The notes beneath the pieces were generated by a model, which saw only the letters and a program-made list of their open reading frames with translations, made no database searches and was not told the origin of the DNA. Positions 56,791 through 64,000 of a DNA stretch of 64,000 nt are shown here, in pieces. A program made the position numbers and the translations under genes. The DNA comes from Babesia bigemina (Eukaryota): contig NC_027218.1 of NCBI RefSeq assembly GCF_000981445.1, positions 1,922,001 to 1,986,000 on the forward strand, given 5' to 3'. Numbering within the stretch: the first letter of the stretch is position 1; each line of letters opens with the position of its first letter.

Positions 56791-59403
56791 TCACGGTTTG
56801 CCTATATCGTTGATACGCCTCTCGATGTCGTAACACTGGCGCTCCAGGTTGACGATGCTTGCCTCGTGGAAGGACAGCACCTTGGCGACTGTGTACAGCG
56901 GCTCCGGCTGGCAGGCGATGGCGGTGTTTTCGGCCTCCTTGTTGGCGTGAGACAGCTGCTCGCTGAGCTCTTGCAGCTGCCTTGTCATGCTCTGCACGGT
57001 GTTGTAGTTGGCGCTGCGATTCCGGACGTTTTCCAACTGCGACTGCAGCGACCGTTCCATGGCGTCGAGGATGTTGATGGAGGCGGTCTGCTCCTCCTCC
57101 ATCTGCTTGATGGCCGATTCCATGTTCTCGTGCTTTTCGATCAGGCCTTTGTACTCGTTCAACAGCTTGTTTAGCTTGCTCGATTGGAGCACCAGGTTGC
57201 GGTCGATGCCAGCAACCTTGTCGGCGAACTCCTTGAAGGAAACGATTTTCTTCGACAGCCTGCTTTCCCAGCTGTCTAGCAGTTCCATGACATTATGCTG
57301 CTCTGTGACGCTGAAATCCAGCTCGAACTTCTCTTTGTCCTTCTCATCTTCCTTCGGGGCGGCACTTGTGCCGGCAGGCGTGGTCGCACTAGTTGTGGTC
57401 GACGCACCGAACGTAAATTTAGGCGGCTCAGTTGTAGCCGGCTTGCTGGTGGATTCCGCAGTGCCCGATTTACTGTCTGCCTGAGAGCCCTTGGTGGTGG
57501 CAGCGGAGCCGAAAAGGCCACCGGTGGTGGAGGGGGTCGTCGCATTTGCCGTGCCACTCGCGGTGCTTGTGCCAAAGAGGTTGGTGCTGGAAGTTGTTCC
57601 CGTAGTTGTGCTTCCAGACGCGGGCGTAGTGGAGCTCGTGGTTGTTCCAGCAGTTCCAGACGCCGTAGTGGTAGTCGTCGTATCCGTTGTTTTCCCGAAG
57701 ATAGTGGTGGTGCTGGTTGTAGACGGCGTAGCCTGTGTGGAGCTTGTGGTAGTACTGCCGAACAAGGTAGGCGCAGTGGATTCCACACTCTTAGATGCGC
57801 CAGAGTCCCCTGTAGTAGTAGTTGAAGTGGACGCACCGAAGGTGGTGGTTGTGCCAGGTGTTGTAGAGGATCCTGAAGTACCGAACAAAGATGGCGTGCT
57901 GGTTGTTGCGGGTGTTGTTGTGGATCCCGAGTTACCGAAAAGCGATGATGATGTTCCGGTTGTTGACGGGGTCGTGGAAGTTCCCGAACTGCCGAAAATG
58001 GTAGACGTGCCTGTCGTTGCTGGTGCGGTGGACGTTCCTGTATTACCAAAGAGGGTCGACGTGCCAGTTGTTCCTTGGGTTGTAGAGGATCCGGAATTAC
58101 CGAAGAGAGACGATGATCCGGTAGTGCCGAACAAGGATGGCGTTGCGCTCGTGCCGGACGCAGCGGTGCCGGGTTTTCCCGATGGAGTTGCTGACGAGGT
58201 AGAAGACGGTGCGAATACGTTGGTTGTAGACGAGCTCGGAGTTGTCGTACTGCCAGTTGTTCCAGAGGAGCCAAATAACGATGTACCCGTGGTTGTCGAG
58301 CCGCTGCCCTGTGGCGCAAAAACGTTGGTCGTGGTGGTCGATCCCGATGCCGGTTGAGTGGAGCCGAATAAACTAGTCGCTGGAGCAGTGGTTGCAGCTG
58401 GCGCTGTCACGCCGGAACCCGATGCCGTAGAGTTACTTGCGGCGCCAAATATAGGCGTGGTCGTGGTAGTAGTAGTGGTAGTGGCAGGCTGCGCTGCTCC
58501 AAATAGGCTTGTGCCAGTCGTAGAACCGGTGTTGGTGGAGCCGAAAATAGTTGTGCCTGTTGTCGGGGCTGTGCTCGAGTTCCCGAAAAGGTTCGACCCG
58601 GTGGTGTTGCCGCTTCCGAAGATGTTGGTGGTAGCGCCACCAGTGGTTGTGCCTGCAGTAGCCGGTGCCGTCGTCGAGGTGTTGCCGAAGAGGCTGCCAC
58701 CCGTGTTGGTTGTGGACCCGAAGATGTTGGTGCTGGGAGGCGTTGTACTACCGGCGCTGTTCGCTCCAAATATGTTGGTGTTGGTAGGAGTCGTTACGGC
58801 GGTGTTGGTACCGAAAATATTGCTGTTAGTAGGCGTTGTTCCGGCGGTGTTGGTGCCGAAGATATTGGTGCTTGGCCCCGTATTTCCGGTAGTGTTGGCG
58901 CCAAACAGGTTACCACTGGCATTTGAAGCGCTGCCGAAGATGTTGGCACCGGTTGTGCCTGCCGCAGCTCCAGTGTTTCCAAACAGGCTACCCGTGCCCG
59001 TGGTGCTACCGAAGATGTTTGTACCCGGCGTGCCGGTGGTATTGGTACTACCAAATAATGCTGTGCCCTGCGTACCGGTAGTGTTTGTCGTGTTGGTACC
59101 GCCGAACAATCCTGTTCCAGGGGTGCCGGTGGTGTTGGTAGTTCCCATGTTACCAAATAGCCCCGTACCCGTTGTGCCCGCCGCACCGGTGGTACCGGTG
59201 CTACCAAACAATCCCGTACCCGTAGTTCCCGTGGTGTTGGTGGTAGTTGTATTACCGAAGAGCCCTGTACCCGTGGTATTGGTCGTGTTTGCAGCACCGG
59301 TGTTACCGAATAATCCCGTGCCCGGTGTACCAGTGGTACCGGCGGGGTTGGTGTTACCGAAGACGTTGGACGAACCAAAGATGTTCTTGTTGTCGTTCTG
59401 CAT
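56791..59403 (-). CDS. NUP62: FG-repeat nucleoporin Nup62/Nsp1
   Basis: Many (L/I)FG repeats in Thr/Ser/Gly spacers, and a C-terminal Nsp1-type coiled coil (ELLDSWE...FKEFADKVAGIDRNL...KVLSFHEASI). Confidence 0.85.
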   Translation of the reverse strand: MQNDNKNIFGSSNVFGNTNPAGTTGTPGTGLFGNTGAANTTNTTGTGLFGNTTTTNTTGTTGTGLFGSTGTTGAAGTTGTGLFGNMGTTNTTGTPGTGLFGGTNTTNTTGTQGTALFGSTNTTGTPGTNIFGSTTGTGSLFGNTGAAAGTTGANIFGSASNASGNLFGANTTGNTGPSTNIFGTNTAGTTPTNSNIFGTNTAVTTPTNTNIFGANSAGSTTPPSTNIFGSTTNTGGSLFGNTSTTAPATAGTTTGGATTNIFGSGNTTGSNLFGNSSTAPTTGTTIFGSTNTGSTTGTSLFGAAQPATTTTTTTTTPIFGAASNSTASGSGVTAPAATTAPATSLFGSTQPASGSTTTTNVFAPQGSGSTTTGTSLFGSSGTTGSTTTPSSSTTNVFAPSSTSSATPSGKPGTAASGTSATPSLFGTTGSSSLFGNSGSSTTQGTTGTSTLFGNTGTSTAPATTGTSTIFGSSGTSTTPSTTGTSSSLFGNSGSTTTPATTSTPSLFGTSGSSTTPGTTTTFGASTSTTTTGDSGASKSVESTAPTLFGSTTTSSTQATPSTTSTTTIFGKTTDTTTTTTASGTAGTTTSSTTPASGSTTTGTTSSTNLFGTSTASGTANATTPSTTGGLFGSAATTKGSQADSKSGTAESTSKPATTEPPKFTFGASTTTSATTPAGTSAAPKEDEKDKEKFELDFSVTEQHNVMELLDSWESRLSKKIVSFKEFADKVAGIDRNLVLQSSKLNKLLNEYKGLIEKHENMESAIKQMEEEQTASINILDAMERSLQSQLENVRNRSANYNTVQSMTRQLQELSEQLSHANKEAENTAIACQPEPLYTVAKVLSFHEASIVNLERQCYDIERRINDIGKP

Positions 59404-60234
59404 TTTTATATAGTCCTCGGGGCTACCTTTCTGCACACAACATCCGGATTCTTTCGAAAAAACACTCAGTAATGCTCTGGTGTCTGGTTGCAGCTATTGA
59501 ATCCGGTTCTGCAATATCATGCTTGGTCTAGACGCCAAGTATCGTTGTTGGCCGGTGATTACCGTTTGTATAAAACAGCCGCTGGCTTGGTCCCGGTTTC
59601 CCGCAATTCTAAAATCTCCGACGTTGTTTCGGCGACGCGGGCGTTAACACACTGACCCTTGACAACACATAGCCCAGTTACAGCGCCATGTAAACACTGC
59701 CTCACTTCCCGTAGACCGTGGAGTGCTCCAGCCAAGTTCCGATCGCGGTTTCTGCCGCCGATACAGTGCCACCACCCACGTCTGGAGGCGGTTAGGCACG
59801 GTTGCACGTACGCCAACCCGAAGAGTTATCCCTTTGGGCACTATACTCTGAGCTCGCAAATAAGCGGATTGAAGTTGACGGTGGTTGGTTAGTCCGCCAC
59901 AGGGTCCTAAGCATCTCCCCATCACTCCCGTAAGTGAGGGCACCGCGCCGAGGCTCGAGCGTCCGAGTCAGCACATTTACACCGCTTGGTCAGTGTGTTG
60001 TTGTTGCTCATTGGAGTGGCGCAGCTTGGAGCTGCTTAAAGTTTTGGTTGCCTTCCAGCGCGGGCATAGCCAGTGGAGGAAGACCGCGATTCCGCCGCTG
60101 CGTGTACAGCCGCCTAGGAAGAGCGTACCCTGCCGCAGCGGCCAGCAGACATAGCGCCGTGCGATTTAGGACGTGCCGGCTGTCGTGTAGGCTGGCTTCG
60201 GCAGAAGGGGTCGGCGTGTTAACACCCGGGCGCG

Positions 60235-60839
60235 ATGGACTTGACTCGGGAGCCGAACAAGGTTGAGGTGGACGAAGAGTTCAAGAACGCCAAATGTCTG
60301 AACCTCTGTGAGCTCCACCTCATCTTGGGTGACCAGCTGCGTCTGCAGCACAAACGCAACGAGGCCGCCAAGCAGTAAGTTCGGGCGTTTTGGTCTTCCT
60401 CACTGCTGCAGGCTCATCAAGACATCTCACGATTACGCAAGTCGTTTCGCCATCCTGAAGTTCAGGAGTGCCATTGTCGACATTCGAACGTGGGTTTCAG
60501 TGCTTATCTATCTTGCAGTAGTGGTATTTCTGCTTAGTTCCAAATATTGCTGCACGACCGGTGTCAGTTCCGTACGTGCTCACGTAAAGTTGTGTGCAAA
60601 TTATACGTGGTAGTCCATATCGCCGCCAAATTGCTGTCATTTAGACACATTGTTCATATATTTGCAGGACTATTGAGAGGGACGGGTCGCTGCACGAATT
60701 CGAGATGGCCAGTTTGGTGAACCTGTTGCCGAAGTCGGTGGACGAGGCAAAATCGCTGATCCCCTCTCTGAGCCGCATACCGGACGAGCGGATCGACGAA
60801 ATTCTGGAGTTGCTCGAGAGTTACCGCGTGCAGTCTTGA
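60235..60839 (+). CDS. RPB4: RNA polymerase II subunit RPB4 (3 exons; largely missed by the ORF track)
   Basis: Splices to MDLTREPNKVEVDEEFKNAKCLNLCELHLIL...KTSHDYASRF...LHEFEMASLVNLLPKSVDEAKSLIPSL...ESYRVQS*. Confidence 0.9.
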
Positions 60840-61127
60840 TCGTTCTAGGCAGCATTGGTCGGTGTGCTGTCTCGCTGCAGATTTCAGGTGCCGTGGATTC
60901 TATTCCACCGTGAATGAACCGCTTTGACATGCAACTTGTCATTCGCAGCAACATAACATACTGGGGCACAGTGTGTCCATTTTAAATAAGCCTTAATTAC
61001 ATCGCAACCGTTTTTGTGCCAATGGCACTGCCATTCGGCAGGCGTTATAATGGTGAACCGCTGTTTGCAGTTTATGTGGCTGGCATGTGATGTCGCGCCT
61101 GCCATCTGTTGCCCTTGCTGCCGTCGG

Positions 61128-62684
61128 TCACAGGGCACTGGATTGGATGGGTGGGAAGGGCTGCACGTTGCTGAAGACGATCATGAGTCGCTCCCACGAG
61201 ACGTAGCCCTTAACCAGACCCCGACGGATCAGGTTCACGCAGATGCAGAGCATCTCCTGATCGGTCATGTGAGGCAGTTGCCAGCGCACGATTGCCGTCA
61301 GCAGCTCGACGGAGAGCATGTTGGGCTTGGTCTCGGGTACGTTGGTGTTCCACCAGCTCTTGGCGTTCTTGATGAGCGTGCGATATGCGATGTACTTGAG
61401 CTGTTCCACACAGAGGATAGTACCCTGCACGGTGAAGACATCGGAGAACCGGCGGACGGTGTCAGTGAAGAGCTTGACGTCCCCCAGTTTGATGGCGCGG
61501 ACGATGTCGCTGTAGTGGGTGAGCTCGTACTTCTCGAGTAGCTTCTCCGACGGCAGCTTACCCAGCCCTACGCGGACCACGATAATGCACTCGAGGATAT
61601 GCCTGACGAGAGATGTTGGTGATCGTTGCCGGATTAGGCACATACCTGCGCATTTTTATCGATTCTTGCAGCGTATTGGAGAACGCCCAAACCAGGTGCT
61701 CCTCAGCCTGTTGGTGTTGACGGTGGTATTAAGACTGGGTTACCTCAACGTATTCCCCCTTCTGCATGTGAAGCTTGCCGAGGTAGTAGCGATAGTTGAT
61801 GAGTGGACCCCGGAGTGCCCTCGAGTAGTTGATGGCGCTGCGAGCATTCTTATTGGCGCTGTTTGGCGGGAACTTACTGCGATTCGATGGTCTTCAGGAA
61901 CCCCGCGGCCATCTGCATGTTGCCCAGCTGCAGTGTGAATGAGCATTGTCGGTGGCTCTGTCGTCTACCTGAATGCACCCCTTAATTGACTGCCCGAGGA
62001 GGATGATGTAGGCTGGGTGTCGTGTGTCGTCACCCCTGACGCGACCCATCTTGCTGCGCACGTTGCTGAGGACCTGCTTCATGTACTTGTCCTTGTCGCT
62101 GTCCTCGGCGTTGTCGAACTCGCCATTGTCCTCTGACGATCGGTCGGCCTGCAGAGCGTGAGTTCGGCGTTAAAAGTTGGGAGACCCACCATGAGTCCGA
62201 TCTTGCTTATGAGGTTGCATATGGAATGCAGCGCAGGCACCAGCCAGTTGTAGTCCACCGTTGTAAGGCCCAAGTACAGGTCCATCCAGATGCTAGAAGC
62301 GCATTAATACGCCGTATTTGCAACTAACTCTAGAAGTTTGGACGATCTTTTCAGTATCTCATCCCATGGCGCCAGCCCGTTGGAGATGAGGATGGCCACC
62401 TTGATGTAGTGGGAAAGGAACAGACGCATCTCGGCGCCATACACCGAGTCGAACTTGCCAAAAGACTTTTGGCAAACCTGCTCTATCTTCGCCTGCAGTA
62501 CATTGTGTGTTGTTGCGGTCGGTACATATGGTCATACCTCGTCAAATCCCCGGGCGCCCTTGAGCCGGAGCTTATCGCACTTGCTTCGTATTAGAATCGC
62601 AAGCGCCCTGCCGTCGCGGTTGTCGACGGCTCTGACGAACTCCGTCGCCCATGATTGGACTTGGGTGTGAAGTGTCGCCGGCAT
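61128..62684 (-). CDS. PCID2: PCI-domain protein PCID2/Thp1 (CSN12-like), multi-exon
   Basis: MPATLHTQVQSWATEFVRAVDNRDGRALA..., then YRYYLGKL, YSDIVRAIKLGDV and CICVNLIRRGLVKGYVS...VFSNVQPFP. Confidence 0.8.
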
Positions 62685-63131
62685 CGCGATACCTGGCCGT
62701 GCCCTATCAGCTCCTGAATATCGCCTTTTGCTGACACCTCTAGTCTATCGGCTGGCACGCCAGAAGATATCACTGGCGAGTTGGATGGCTCATCCGAAGA
62801 AGGCTCTGCAAACGCCGGGGTGTAGCAGCGTCGACGTTACGTGTTAGAAGTTTCCTCTGGAAAACGGGCTACGGAAGGCTAATGAAGGCGCCGCTTTATC
62901 GGCAGCCCAGCAATATTAATATAGCATTTTGCGAATGTACCCTGGTGTGTGTTAGGTGCGCCTTCCAAGCATCACAATTCTCTGGGCTAGTGGTCAGCGC
63001 GCGCCTCGCAACCACTCCCCGTTGATACTCTGCCGGTAATCGCAGAATTTTCCACAATTTTGTCTAGTTGGTAGGCACGCTACATGTAGTGGTAACGGAG
63101 AAAGTGAATTATACCGGCTCCTTACGACGTC

Positions 63132-63930
63132 ATGACAGCGGAGTCGAAGGGTGTCTTGCTATTCCAGCTTGCCCCAAACTTTCCCTTCTATTCACAGGTT
63201 AGCAGCGACTAGTTTTGTCATCATGTGTAAAGTGATTGTGGATGTTAGAAAGTCGTTCGTTCAGATTCTTATAATCTCGTAGGTCATATGCTCTCGCCAC
63301 GTACGAGACGACGGTTCAGACAAGTTTGGAGATGTGCCAGAAGGGAGGGCAATTTTCTTGCGGTCTTTGGACCCGTGTCTACGCCGTGAAAACATATCAA
63401 GAGGCTTGGAGAGCTTCGGAACTGTGGAAGTGAGAGTGCTGCCAAAAGCATCGCATTCCGACCCTGGCAGGTCGGAACATTCAGGCATGTTTCATGCCAT
63501 TCTAGACGACGAAAAAGCCGCCAGTAAGCTGATGGCGGATTCTCGTCGTATTGATGGTGCTGTAATCAACGCCAAATCGCATAAATCCAGAGATGGTCCG
63601 ACCTTTCTCTCAGCAGCACTCCAGCGCCGCCGCGGCCAGTATCGGGGAATGGACATTTTGCAGAAGAACGCTGACGAGCGACTAGTTACCTACGACGTGG
63701 AAGAATATGTCGCTGGCCGATTGGAGCGCGAAGTGACTGTTGATGACGAGGGATTCACCCTGGTCACACAAGGGCCGGAAGCCGTAAAGGCGGGTGCATC
63801 ACGGCGTCCGGCGAAACGCTCTAAGAAAATATCTACCACAACTGTCGAGTTTTATCGTTATCCAAACAAGGAAAAAATGATGTACGTTGCGGCTGGCGAT
63901 ATAGCTGAGGCAGCAGATAACGTTTCATAA
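63132..63930 (+). CDS. RRP7: Ribosomal RNA-processing protein RRP7-like
   Basis: Exon 1 MTAESKGVLLFQLAPNFPFYSQ, an RRM-like middle and C-terminal VDDEGFTLVT...EFYRY. The 3' end is uncertain. Confidence 0.65.
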
Positions 63931-64000
63931 CGTAGTTGCGAGCGAACCTGCGGTCAGGGTTGGGGTGCCTTATAAACTCAAAATCAATCTCGTCTAAACT

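Noticed and set aside
57276..59413. Val/Pro-rich + ORFs and alternative-frame ORFs over Nup62
   Set aside because: Reverse or alternative readings of the Thr/Gly FG-repeat region.

Overview
Eukaryotic genomic DNA with compact genes and short (mostly ~35-60 nt) GT-AG introns, most consistent with a piroplasmid apicomplexan (Babesia sp.; inferred from VESA-like genes, apicoplast-type leaders and intron style, species not determinable). Bases 1-~19.5 kb form a variant-antigen cluster. It holds three very large ves/VESA-like genes (A +, B +, C -). A and C each sit upstream of a small Cys/Lys-rich membrane-protein gene and a 'M(S/G)SEVT' transmembrane micro-ORF, and the two cassettes form an inverted duplication around gene B. 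Gene B is broken by a rearrangement at ~12157, and A and C share patches of near-identical sequence (gene-conversion-like). From ~21.3 kb on, the window is core genome: apicoplast-type E1 enzyme, DDX49/Dbp8, eIF6, APN1, tRNA-Thr(CGT), pICln, UTP4, ATG8, a spliced SufE-MnmA fusion, DPH1, an acidic repeat protein, a SET methyltransferase, SmB, Lon, Nup62, RPB4, PCID2, RRP7 and three hypothetical genes. Gene models were spliced by eye, and no database searches were run.
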